Source: an uncultured Enterobacteriaceae bacterium
Lineage (GTDB): Bacteria; Pseudomonadota; Gammaproteobacteria; Burkholderiales; SG8-39
Assembly (NCBI GenBank): GCA_964601155.1
Contig: CAZRMO010000003.1
Span: forward strand, 21,066-85,065
DNA: 64,000 bases
Reading direction: 5' to 3'
How positions within the stretch are numbered: the stretch's first letter is position 1; each line of letters opens with the position of its first letter. The notes beneath the pieces are model-generated. The model did no database searches. It saw only the letters and a list, made by a program, of their open reading frames with translations, and had not been told where the DNA came from. The translations under genes and the position numbers were made by a program. This document shows positions 26,727-35,706 of this stretch, piece by piece.

Positions 26727-28037
26727 GTGAGCAACTCCCTGCAACAGCGCTTGTCGGTCTGGCTGAGCATCACCATCGTCGCGACCGGGTTCCTCGCCGC
26801 CGCGGTTTCATTCGGGCTCGCCTACAACGAAGCGCAGGAGTTTCAGGACGACACCCTGCGCCAGATCGCAGCCTTGGTGGATACCGCCCGCCTGCCGTCC
26901 GATGGACAACGCTCCGTGGCGGCTCTGGATAACGATCCGGAGGAGCGAGTTGTCGTCCAGCGGCTTACGGCGTCGCCTGTGGTCGACGCCGCGCGGCTTG
27001 CGTTGCCGGCGGATTTGACGGTGGGGTTCCACACGCTCGATCTCGGAAGGACGCAATGGCGGGTATATGTCCGTACCGCAAGGAAGTCCGGTGAACGCAT
27101 TGCCGTAGCGCAGGAGACCCAGGTACGCAGCGAAGCCGCCGGCGACAGCGCCTTGCGCACGCTGCTGCCCTTGCTCGTGCTGATTCCCTTGTTGTCGTAT
27201 TTTTCCAGGCGCCTGGTCCGCGCCAGCCTGGCACCGGTTCGTGCCCTTGCCCGGGTGGCCGATGCCCAAGCGGAAGACAGGCCGGCCGCGCTGCCAGTCG
27301 CCAAAGTGCCGGAGGAGATCGCGCCGTTCGTGCAATCGATCAACCGGCTGCTTGAACGGATCAACCGCATGATGGAGCAGCAGCGGCGCTTTATCGCCGA
27401 TGCGGCGCATGAACTCAGAAGCCCGCTCACGGCGCTATCGGTACAGGCGCAAAATTTGCGGCAGGCTGGGTCCGTCGAAGTCCTGCGTGAGCGCGTGAAT
27501 CCCCTGCAGGCGGGCATTGAACGCGCGCGGCACCTGACCGAGCAGCTGTTGAACCTTGCCAGAACCCAAGCCGGAACTGCCAGCGAGACGGACGTCGATG
27601 TATCGATCATGGCGCGCGAACTGATCGCCGAGTATTTGCCATTTGCCGAAGCCAAGCGCATCGATCTCGGGCTCGATGAAAGCGCACGGCTTTCATTGCA
27701 CGTCTCGCCGGAGCCGCTGCGGCTGATCCTCAGAAATGGGCTGGAGAACGCATTGAAGTACACGCAGGACGGCGGCGAGGTCACGCTTCGGCTGCTGTCT
27801 GAAAACGGGCACGCGGTCATCGAAGTCGTCGACAATGGCCCGGGGATTCCTGTCTCGGAGCGCGAGCGGGTGCTCGATGCGTTCTACCGCATGCCGGATG
27901 CGGCCGGCGAAGGCAGCGGCCTCGGTCTGGCGATCGCCCGAGAAGCCGCGAATCGCCTCGGCGGCAGCATGAGCTTGCATGATCGCGGGGAAGCTCCGGG
28001 GCTCATCTTCCGTTACCGACAAGGCGCCGAATCATGA
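26727..28037 (+). CDS. Two-component sensor histidine kinase (periplasmic sensor, HAMP, HisKA, HATPase_c)
   Basis: H-box FIADAAHELRSPLT, N-box LRNGLENALKY, G1 VVDNGPGI, G2 GSGLGLAI. Two TM segments flank a loop of about 120 aa. Confidence 0.9.
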   Translation: MSNSLQQRLSVWLSITIVATGFLAAAVSFGLAYNEAQEFQDDTLRQIAALVDTARLPSDGQRSVAALDNDPEERVVVQRLTASPVVDAARLALPADLTVGFHTLDLGRTQWRVYVRTARKSGERIAVAQETQVRSEAAGDSALRTLLPLLVLIPLLSYFSRRLVRASLAPVRALARVADAQAEDRPAALPVAKVPEEIAPFVQSINRLLERINRMMEQQRRFIADAAHELRSPLTALSVQAQNLRQAGSVEVLRERVNPLQAGIERARHLTEQLLNLARTQAGTASETDVDVSIMARELIAEYLPFAEAKRIDLGLDESARLSLHVSPEPLRLILRNGLENALKYTQDGGEVTLRLLSENGHAVIEVVDNGPGIPVSERERVLDAFYRMPDAAGEGSGLGLAIAREAANRLGGSMSLHDRGEAPGLIFRYRQGAES

Positions 28038-28145
28038 TCGGTGCGTTCCATAAGGGATGATGCCGGTGGAAGGCGAGGGCTGCTTCGAATGCCGCCGTGG
28101 CCGCCGTAATGATGCTTGCAATCTATCTCACGCCGCCTCTCGCGA

Positions 28146-28802
28146 CTAGAATTTCTCGCGAAACCCTACGGTGAATCCATGAGGAAGAACGCCGAGAACG
28201 AAAGGGCTATTCCGGTTGTGTGCGTAATACCCGGTCAGGGTGCCGAGCGCAAAGCCGGCGAGAACGTCCGTTTGCCAGTGGCCATGTACCTTCATGCGCG
28301 CGATGCCGTCATAAGCGGGGAGCAGTTCCAGTGCGTATACGGCGGGATGGTCCTGGCGATATTCGAGCACGAAAGGGGTCACGATGGCAGTCACAGCCGA
28401 GACCTCTCCGCTGGGGAAACTGTAGTGCGACCCGCCTTGAAACCACTGATTCGGGTCGTTGGTTTGGTTCGGCCGCGAGCGCGTGAACGCGTACTTCATC
28501 CCCTGGGCGGATACGCCGGCCAGCACCGAGGAGTCGATTGCCTGCCAGAATGTCTTGCCCAGGCGCGTCTCGCCACCCTCCATTAACGCGCCGCCGACTT
28601 CCCCGGCAATCATCAGGCCGAGCAGGCCGGTTTGGTATTTGCGCGCCCAAATCCCGCTGTCGTCGTAGCTCAGCTTATGGTCGATGCCTAGCGGTCCTCC
28701 GGCGGCGAAAGCCGGCGCCAATGTCGCCAATGACAAGGCGGTTGCCGCCAGCGTTCGCCGTGCAAACGCAAAATCGAATGCGATGGCATGAATTTCTTGC
28801 AT
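28146..28802 (-). CDS. PAP2-family (type 2) phosphatase, secreted or membrane-associated
   Basis: Motifs KYAFTRSRP, PSGE, ARMKVHGHWQTDV (KxxxxxxRP / PSG / SRxxxxxHxxxD pattern). ATG 28802 with CAGGAG upstream is preferred to 29090. Confidence 0.8.
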   Translation of the reverse strand: MQEIHAIAFDFAFARRTLAATALSLATLAPAFAAGGPLGIDHKLSYDDSGIWARKYQTGLLGLMIAGEVGGALMEGGETRLGKTFWQAIDSSVLAGVSAQGMKYAFTRSRPNQTNDPNQWFQGGSHYSFPSGEVSAVTAIVTPFVLEYRQDHPAVYALELLPAYDGIARMKVHGHWQTDVLAGFALGTLTGYYAHNRNSPFVLGVLPHGFTVGFREKF

Positions 28803-28959
28803 GGGGAAGCTCCTGAAAGCGACACATTCAATAGCTGGTGCAGTTGCTTGGTTGATCTGATTCAAACAATGGGATAATATCCCATTGTAATTCTGCCAGC
28901 GCCGGCTTTTTGCGCAGAGTGCATGAATAATTGTGGAACCACCAATGGAGGCTCTTGTA

Positions 28960-29274
28960 ATGAAAAAGTTCAATAAGACGGCGGCGGCGGTCTTCCTCGG
29001 CGTCACGCTTGTAACAATGTCGGGCTGCGCGGCGACACCCAGCAGGGAAAGCACGGGGGAGTACGTCGACGATGCTGCCATTACGGCCAAAGTGAAGGCG
29101 GCACTGCTGAACCAACCTTCCTTGAAATCGTTTGATATTCACGTAACCACGATAAGAGGGACGGTCTATCTCAGCGGTGTCGTCGCGTCGCAGTCGTCCA
29201 CAGGCGAGGCGGTTAGAGTCGCGCGCGGTATCGCCGGGGTCAAGGCGGTCAAGAACGATATGCGGGCCAAATAG
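28960..29274 (+). CDS. BON-domain lipoprotein (OsmY-like)
   Basis: Lipobox LVTMSGC. DDAAITAKVKAALL......I.V.T..GTVYLSGVV.S......AV.VARGI.GVK.V.N is the BON pattern. GGAGG upstream of ATG 28960. Confidence 0.8.
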   Translation: MKKFNKTAAAVFLGVTLVTMSGCAATPSRESTGEYVDDAAITAKVKAALLNQPSLKSFDIHVTTIRGTVYLSGVVASQSSTGEAVRVARGIAGVKAVKNDMRAK

Positions 29275-29390
29275 CGCATAGCAGAGGGAGCGCATGGCAG
29301 AGGGGCCGTGGAAATCTCTCTAGCGCCGCGGTCAACGCATCCATGCGGTCCTGCGCGAGTACCAAAACAAGCCGCGGAGGCGGCGCAGAA

Positions 29391-29771
29391 CTACTGCTTC
29401 ATTTCACGCTTGAGGATGTCCGCCGCGGCAGCGGCGGACATGCCGCGGCAGCGCGCGTTCCACAGGTAATCGAACATCGAATGGCTCAGCGCGCCCTCTA
29501 TCTGCGGCGGGCTGGGCGTTTGCGTCGCGTCTGCAAGAAAGCGCTTGCCGTTTGCGCTTCCACAAATAATCGGACCCAGCTTGCTCGGAATCAGCCTGAG
29601 CCCCTCGAAGCTGACATCGGCGGCGGGCCGCCCCAGCGCCTTCGCAACGTCTACGCGCGCCTGTTGCAGCAGAGGCCCCTCGTTTTCATGCTGGGCGTCA
29701 GACAGCGACGGACCCAGCGCCAAGGCCAGGATGAGCATGCGGTAAAACCAACGGCATACGGCTTGCTTCAT
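29391..29771 (-). CDS. Hypothetical secreted protein
   Basis: 127 aa from MKQAVCRWFYRMLILALALGPSLSDA (signal-peptide-like). Same strand as, and downstream of, the cytochrome pair. No family recognised. Confidence 0.5.
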   Translation of the reverse strand: MKQAVCRWFYRMLILALALGPSLSDAQHENEGPLLQQARVDVAKALGRPAADVSFEGLRLIPSKLGPIICGSANGKRFLADATQTPSPPQIEGALSHSMFDYLWNARCRGMSAAAAADILKREMKQ

Positions 29772-29865
29772 GCTGTCCCCAGTGCCAGCCCCGGTCTGGT
29801 AGATAGCGGGATCGGAGCCCCCCAACGTGTGCTGGGAGGCTCGATTTCTCTCAAAGACGCCCTGC

Positions 29866-30510
29866 CTACTTCGCAGTCATACTCCGCAGATAAGCGGCGA
29901 CCGCTTCCATGTTTTTGTGGTCGAGCGAGTGGGTGATCGTCTTCATTACGACGCCGTCCGGTCTTTCGTTGGTCCGCTGGAACACGTTGAGTTGCTTGAC
30001 CACGTAGTCCGAATGTTGATACGCGATGCGGGGAAACAGGCCGTTGCCCTGGCCGTGATCTCCGTGGCAGGATGCGCAGGGCGGAACACCCTTTGCCGGC
30101 AACCCATCGTGGAATATCTGCTTGCCCATGGCCGCCAGCTTCGGATTTCCCGGCGCGAGGGGAACTGATTTTTGCGAGGAGAAGTACTCCGCCAAGCCCT
30201 TGATCTGGGCATCGGTCAGGCTGCGGCTGATGCCCCACATGTATTCGAATCCGGGGGGATCGTCGCGGTGATGGCTGCGGAACATCGTAAGCTGCCCGAC
30301 TATGTACTCCTGCTGCTGCTGGGCGAGCTTGGGAAAAGTGGGATTGATGGAATTGCCGTCGACGTTGTGGCAGTTCGAGCAGACCTGCTCGGCCAGGGTC
30401 TTGGCAGGAACATTGGGGTTGCCCAGGTCGCGCGAGCGCACCAGCGTCGTCGTGCAGCCGGTGCCGAACGCGGCAGCGGCCAGTACCACTGTAATTGTTG
30501 CGATTTTCAT
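29866..30510 (-). CDS. Dihaem cytochrome c4-type lipoprotein (Cyc1-like)
   Basis: Lipobox FGTGC. Two CxxCH motifs (CSNCH, CASCH), each in a class I cytochrome c half-domain. GGAGAC upstream of ATG 30510. Confidence 0.85.
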   Translation of the reverse strand: MKIATITVVLAAAAFGTGCTTTLVRSRDLGNPNVPAKTLAEQVCSNCHNVDGNSINPTFPKLAQQQQEYIVGQLTMFRSHHRDDPPGFEYMWGISRSLTDAQIKGLAEYFSSQKSVPLAPGNPKLAAMGKQIFHDGLPAKGVPPCASCHGDHGQGNGLFPRIAYQHSDYVVKQLNVFQRTNERPDGVVMKTITHSLDHKNMEAVAAYLRSMTAK

Positions 30511-30593
30511 TTTACGGTCTCCGAATATTTTCATCATGTATGTCGGGGGTGCGCCGCCTTTGCGGCGCACCTCGGGTCATTGAAACCAGCTGT

Positions 30594-31874
30594 TCAATAT
30601 GCGCCCCAGATATAGAAGAACACAGTGTTGTTGTCGCTTGCGCCCACGCTAGTGTCATTGAACCTGCTGAACTTGGTGTATTGCAGGCCTACCCGCACGT
30701 ACTGCTTCGGGAGCCAGAATACTTCCGGCGTCCAGCCGCTTGAGTTGTACCGGGCATCCACTGCGCTAAAACCCGACGCGTTATTGTCAGTATTGTCGTA
30801 ATTGAAGTAGGAAAGCGTGGCGCCGTATTTCGCCTGATAGGTAAAGGAGGTCTTGGCCCTCAGGGAATTGACCGTGTCGCTTGCGAGGCCCGGCGCGCCG
30901 GGATCGATTGTTTCGTGGATGCGCGTGACCATCGCGGTGAGCGTGTAGGGATCGAGCAGATACTGGTATTGGGCATCGAAGCCGGTGTCGCGGTAGTGGT
31001 CGGTCGGGCCGCCGGGGGTGCTCGAATCCGTATACGGACGAACATCGAAGTGCGTCATGCCGACCATGATGTTGTTCGGACCCCATTCTTTGGTGTACGC
31101 CAGACGGATGTAGGGATTGGTTCCCTTGATATATACCTGGCCGCCGTTACCGTGGGTCATGAAGGAAAACACGCCGTCGCCGGTCCGATAGCCGCTGATT
31201 TCCGCGTACAGCGTCTTGTTCCAGTAGGCATAGGCGCCGATTCCGACCGCTTGTTGTCCGAGGCCGTCTTCAAGAATGGTCGAGGTGCCGGATCCTTGTC
31301 CTGTGGAGCCGGGCACGATGCCGTAGCCCCAGGCCGGCGCGCTGTTGAACACGTCCTCCACCGTGGGATTGTTATTCAGCGTCAGGCCGTAGATCAGGTC
31401 CCGGTGGTTGTTTATCAGGTGGTCGGCGTAGCGGATGTCCATGTTGTCCGGGCCGGAACGGCCATACCAGCCGTTAGCGGGTTTAGGGCCGCCGTCGGGA
31501 TTGTAATTGTTGAAGGTGATCTGGGCGAAGCCGCCGATCCGGTCGGTGATCTTTCCGGCGATGAACAGGCTCGCGGTGTTGAAAATGAGTGATCCGTTCT
31601 CGAGCTTCCCGTTGGCCGGATCATTGGCCTTCACCTTGTTGGAGGTCACCACAGCCATCATCGCGAGCGGCAGCTCGCGCTGTCCGATGGTGTAGCCGGT
31701 CAGCTTGAACAGGCGCCCGTAGGGGGTCAGTTCCGGGAACTGGCCGCCCGCATGGCAGGCCACGCAGTTCTGGCCGGTCTGGCGCGCGAACGAGGGTACG
31801 GCTTGGGCTTGCGGCGCGAGGACCAGCAGCAATGGGATGAGGGCGCAGGCACCAGCAACCCGAGCGGCAAGCAT
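30594..31874 (-). CDS. Fused monohaem cytochrome c-outer membrane beta-barrel protein (Cyc2-like candidate)
   Basis: Signal peptide (...LAPQAQA|VPSF). Single CVACH 13 residues into the mature protein. Then about 390 aa of alternating amphipathic, Gly/Tyr/Asn-rich sequence ending in the OMP beta-signal FFYIWGAY*. Start at ATG 31874 is preferred. Confidence 0.65.
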   Translation of the reverse strand: MLAARVAGACALIPLLLVLAPQAQAVPSFARQTGQNCVACHAGGQFPELTPYGRLFKLTGYTIGQRELPLAMMAVVTSNKVKANDPANGKLENGSLIFNTASLFIAGKITDRIGGFAQITFNNYNPDGGPKPANGWYGRSGPDNMDIRYADHLINNHRDLIYGLTLNNNPTVEDVFNSAPAWGYGIVPGSTGQGSGTSTILEDGLGQQAVGIGAYAYWNKTLYAEISGYRTGDGVFSFMTHGNGGQVYIKGTNPYIRLAYTKEWGPNNIMVGMTHFDVRPYTDSSTPGGPTDHYRDTGFDAQYQYLLDPYTLTAMVTRIHETIDPGAPGLASDTVNSLRAKTSFTYQAKYGATLSYFNYDNTDNNASGFSAVDARYNSSGWTPEVFWLPKQYVRVGLQYTKFSRFNDTSVGASDNNTVFFYIWGAY

Positions 31875-32363
31875 GCGGCCAATTTTTTTCGCCAGCGTCG
31901 GCACGATCACGACCGTGCCGGCGGTGTTTTTAATTCCCTGCGATCCCCGGGGGCTCCGTGATCCGCGCAAATCGATACCCATAATGTCATCCCTCCACTT
32001 CGTTGATGTAAACCGTTAATTTAGCTACAAACATTGACTACAAACCGTATGTCCGCTGCCAACCCGATATGCGATCGCGCGCATTCGTCGGTGCCCAGAA
32101 TTTCTTCAGTAAAAGCCGTGAGTCCTGGCACTTGAGGCCATTTCCCTCGGACACCCGAGATTGCCTAGAGCCGGCTAGGCCGACTCGCGCAGCAGCATCT
32201 AAATTCCGGATGAGAGTTGACGTGCAGCCGTGGACAAACAGAGTCGAGAAGCTTGTGCTTTTGGAAATCATGCAGGTCCACTAAACATGGGCCGCACTTT
32301 AACGAAGTTGGACGGATCGAAATAGTAGACAATATAGAATTATTAGTTCCTGGAATTGCAACA

Positions 32364-33245
32364 ATGGATCGATTGGATGCAATGCGGCTTTTCGTCCGGG
32401 TTGCCGAGCTCGGCAGCTTTTCGGCGGTCGCAAAACAGATGGATGTCGCGCGCTCGGCGGTTACGCGTCAAGTAGCTGCTCTGGAGAACCACCTCGGTGC
32501 CAGATTGATGGCTCGCAGCACGAGGCGACTCACTCTCACCTCAGCGGGTATCGCCTATCTGGAGAATTGTCGCGCAATACTTAATCTTGTCGAGGCCGCC
32601 GAATCGGATGTCAGCGAGGACAGGCAGACGCCGCGGGGGGTCGTTCGGATCAGCGTGCCGCTCAGCTATGGCCTCAGGCGGCTCGCCTCGCTGCTGCTGG
32701 ACTTTTCGCACCAATACCCCGAAGTCGGCCTGGAGATGGACTTCTCGGATCGGCACATAAACCTGATTGAAGAAGGCGTTGACCTTACGATCCGCATCAC
32801 GCCGCGACCGGAGATGCGAGACGTAAATCGACGCATAGCGACGGAGCGCATGGTTGTAGTCGCCTCTCCAGCGTATCTGGCCCGCCACGGTACACCTGGC
32901 CATCCGGCGGATCTGATTCGCCACGTTTGCCTTGGCTACACCGGCGCAAACAGCCGTACCTGGCAGTTCCGTATTGCGGGCAAGGTCGAGAGATTCCCGG
33001 TACGCAGCCATGTTTTCGCCAATAATGGCGACGTACTCGTCGAAGCGGCTGCGCGTTCCCTTGGGATCGCATGCCAGCCGGAATTCATCACCGCGGCGTA
33101 TGTCGGGGACGGACGACTAAAAGAGATCTTGGGCGATTTTCAAGTGCCGAAACTGGGCGTGTTTGCGGTCCTGCCGGGCAATCGCCAAGTGCCCCACCGG
33201 GTCAGGGTACTGATGGAGTGGCTGGCACAAAAAATTGCGATTTAA
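32364..33245 (+). CDS. LysR-family transcriptional regulator
   Basis: N-terminal HTH MDRLDAMRLFVRVAELGSFSAVAKQMDVARSAVTRQVAALENHLGARL and a LysR substrate-binding C-terminus. Divergent from the Cyc2-like gene. Confidence 0.9.
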   Translation: MDRLDAMRLFVRVAELGSFSAVAKQMDVARSAVTRQVAALENHLGARLMARSTRRLTLTSAGIAYLENCRAILNLVEAAESDVSEDRQTPRGVVRISVPLSYGLRRLASLLLDFSHQYPEVGLEMDFSDRHINLIEEGVDLTIRITPRPEMRDVNRRIATERMVVVASPAYLARHGTPGHPADLIRHVCLGYTGANSRTWQFRIAGKVERFPVRSHVFANNGDVLVEAAARSLGIACQPEFITAAYVGDGRLKEILGDFQVPKLGVFAVLPGNRQVPHRVRVLMEWLAQKIAI

Positions 33246-33303
33246 TCGAGAGCCGCCTGGCGCGGCCGCCAGCCGCGCTGACAATTACGAGTCCCTAAGC
33301 GGG

Positions 33304-33323
33304 AAACCGAGCGCATCGCTCGG
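33304..33323 (-). terminator. Weak hairpin immediately after the dodecin stop
   Basis: On the minus strand: TGA-TT-CCGAGCG-ATG-CGCTCGG-TTT. 7-bp stem, 3-nt loop, short T run. Confidence 0.3.
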
Positions 33324-33325
33324 AA

Positions 33326-33535
33326 TCAGTCCTCCAACGTAAAGCCCACCTTGATGGTGACCTGCCAGTGGGCGACTTTCCCGTTCTCCACCTGACCGCG
33401 TGTCTCGATAACTTCGAACCAGTGAATATTGCGCACCGACGTGGAAGCCTTGGCGATGGCGGTACTGACGGCATCCTCCATGTTCTTGGTTGAGGATCCG
33501 GTGAGTTCGATACTCTTGTAGACGTGATTGCTCAT
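33326..33535 (-). CDS. Dodecin-family flavin-binding protein
   Basis: 69 aa. [12 protein letters not shown]....EDAV..AI.KA......I.WFEV.ETRG.VENGKV.HWQVT.KVGFTLE is near-consensus dodecin. Confidence 0.9.
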   Translation of the reverse strand: MSNHVYKSIELTGSSTKNMEDAVSTAIAKASTSVRNIHWFEVIETRGQVENGKVAHWQVTIKVGFTLED

Positions 33536-33581
33536 GGCGTTCTCCTGAAAAAATGGCCGATGGCAGGAAGGTGACCTTCGA

Positions 33582-33606
33582 GACGGATCGATTATCCGTC
33601 TTTTTT
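33582..33606 (+). terminator. Strong orphan rho-independent-terminator-like hairpin (plus-strand orientation)
   Basis: GACGGAT-CGATT-ATCCGTC followed by TTTTTT. Lies in the divergent intergenic region upstream of dodecin, and no plus-strand gene ends here. Confidence 0.45.
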
Positions 33607-34010
33607 CCCGGGACCGGCAAATCAGCCTAGGGGGCCGAGGGATAAATCGAATTTACCAGTCGATTCGTCATGCCTGTTGATTCTTGTCAACGGCTCCGCT
33701 CGTCGTGCGCTACCTTGCCGCGATTAAAACGCGGCACTATGATTTGTCGGGGCTGTCTTAGAAAAAAGCGGGTGGTTTGTTTGGGGACGACATCTTACAA
33801 TCCCGGCCGGCCTTTCTTTTTGCTTGCAAGCTTTTCATCGCACACATCAATCATTCCGAGCAGAGCGAGGAATCTGCCGTCAAATTAGGACAGGAGCAGA
33901 TTCCTCGGCCGACGGCCTCGGAATGACAGGTCATTCGGAAATGGCTTCTAAGAATAGATTTGGGAAAGCATGAAAGTTTTTAAAATTCGCGCCCCTATGG
34001 GGGAAACAAA

Positions 34011-35615
34011 ATGACGGAAAGAAAACGTAGTTTCTACGGCTGGGGGTACGCGGACTACCAGTTGCCGGCCGAGGAACTGGCCTGGTTCGAGCGCGCCTGG
34101 TCCGGGCTGTTCAAGGTCGACCGCTTCGAGCCGGCGGCGATGCCGCGCGCGGAGGAGATCACGCTGCGCGCGCCGCGCGTGGCTGTGCCGGCCGGTCTGG
34201 CCGGGGTCTGCACGACAGACAAGCACGAGCGGCTGTTCCACAGTTTCGGCCGTTCGGTGCACGACCTCGCGCGCATGATTCACCGGCGTGACTTTTCCAA
34301 TCCGCCGGATGCGGTCGCTTACCCGAAGTCGGAACAGGACATCGCCGATCTGCTCGACTGGTGCGGGGCGAACGATGTCGCGGCGATTCCATTCGGCGGC
34401 GGCTCGAGCGTGGTGGGCGGCGTGAATCCGCCGGCGTACGATCGCTACAAGGGCGTGCTCACCATCGACATGAAGCATTTCGACCGCGTGCTCGAGATCG
34501 ACAAGACCTCGCAGGCGGCGCGGGTGCAGTGCGGCGTGCTCGGACCTAGCCTGGAGGACCAGCTGAAGTCCTCCGGCCTGACGCTGCGCTTCTACCTGCA
34601 GGCCTGGGAATTTTCCTCGCTCGGCGGCTGGATCGCGACGCGCGCCGCCGGCCACTACGCCACGGTCTATTCCCAGATTGACGATCACATCGAATCGCTG
34701 CGCGTGGTCACGCCCGCCGGCACGCTCGAATCGCGCCGGCTGCCGGCTTCCGGCGCCGGCCCCAGTCCGGATCGCATGTTTCTCGGTTCCGAAGGCGCGC
34801 TGGGCATCATCACCGAGGCCTGGGTGCGCCTGCATCGGCGACCGGCGTTTCGCCTGAGCACCACCGTGCGCTTTGCCGATTGGGAGAAGGCGGTGGGCGC
34901 GGTGCGCGCGCTGGCCCAGTCCGGGCTGTATCCGGCGAATGCGCGCCTGATCGAAAAAGACGAAGCGAAATTCACCGAGGCGGGCGACGGCGCGAGCCAC
35001 ATCCTCGTGCTCGGCTTCGAATCGGGCGATCACCCGCTCGACGCCTGGATGAAACGCGCGCTGGAGTTGTGCGCCGACCACGGCGGGGTCTGGGACGAGC
35101 AGGCGCTGCGGCAGAAAGACGCGCAGCGCTCGGGTGCGGCCGGCAACTGGCGCGACAAGTTCGTGCGCGGGCCGTATCTGCGCGAGCACGCGATCGCGCG
35201 CGGCGTGATGCGCGACACCGTCGAGACGGCGATCACCTGGGACCGCTTTTTCGAGTTGGAGCGCAAGGTGAAGGATGCGACCCTGAGGGCCATCCGCGAA
35301 GTCACCGGGCGCGAGGGCAGCTGCACCGTGCGTTTCACGCATCTGTATCCGGACGGTCCCGCGCCTTACTTCACCTGGCATGGGCTGGGCGACAAGGCCA
35401 GGCTGCCGGAGCAGTTCTGGGCGATCAAGGCTGCGGCCTCGGAAGCGATGCTCGCGGCCGGAGGGACCATCACCCATCACCATGCGCTCGGGCGCGACCA
35501 TCGCCAGTGGTACGATCGGCAGCGGCCAGAGCTGTTTGGGCGCGCACTCGATGCGGCGAAGAACACACTCGATCCGCAGCGCATTCTCAATCCGGGCGTG
35601 CTGCTCGATCCCTGA
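34011..35615 (+). CDS. FAD-linked oxidase, alkyl-dihydroxyacetonephosphate synthase (AGPS)-like
   Basis: 534 aa. N-terminal SFYGWGY, PCMH-type FAD-binding domain (AAIPFGGGSSVVGG), C-terminal GGTITHHHALGRDH (AGPS-type HHH motif instead of the EHGIG of GlcD/D-LDH). Confidence 0.75.
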   Translation: MTERKRSFYGWGYADYQLPAEELAWFERAWSGLFKVDRFEPAAMPRAEEITLRAPRVAVPAGLAGVCTTDKHERLFHSFGRSVHDLARMIHRRDFSNPPDAVAYPKSEQDIADLLDWCGANDVAAIPFGGGSSVVGGVNPPAYDRYKGVLTIDMKHFDRVLEIDKTSQAARVQCGVLGPSLEDQLKSSGLTLRFYLQAWEFSSLGGWIATRAAGHYATVYSQIDDHIESLRVVTPAGTLESRRLPASGAGPSPDRMFLGSEGALGIITEAWVRLHRRPAFRLSTTVRFADWEKAVGAVRALAQSGLYPANARLIEKDEAKFTEAGDGASHILVLGFESGDHPLDAWMKRALELCADHGGVWDEQALRQKDAQRSGAAGNWRDKFVRGPYLREHAIARGVMRDTVETAITWDRFFELERKVKDATLRAIREVTGREGSCTVRFTHLYPDGPAPYFTWHGLGDKARLPEQFWAIKAAASEAMLAAGGTITHHHALGRDHRQWYDRQRPELFGRALDAAKNTLDPQRILNPGVLLDP

Positions 35616-35706
35616 GTCCCGGGACAGCACGAATAAGCGCAAACCTGGCAGCGGGCAAGGCCCGCCTTTGGATGCGCATGCAGATCGTAAACAGATGGAG
35701 CAAACA

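Noticed and set aside
33670-33888. 72-codon plus-strand ORF in the dodecin/AGPS-like intergenic region
   Set aside because: It has low GC3, no RBS and no recognisable family. It sits in a spacer that looks like a promoter/regulatory region.
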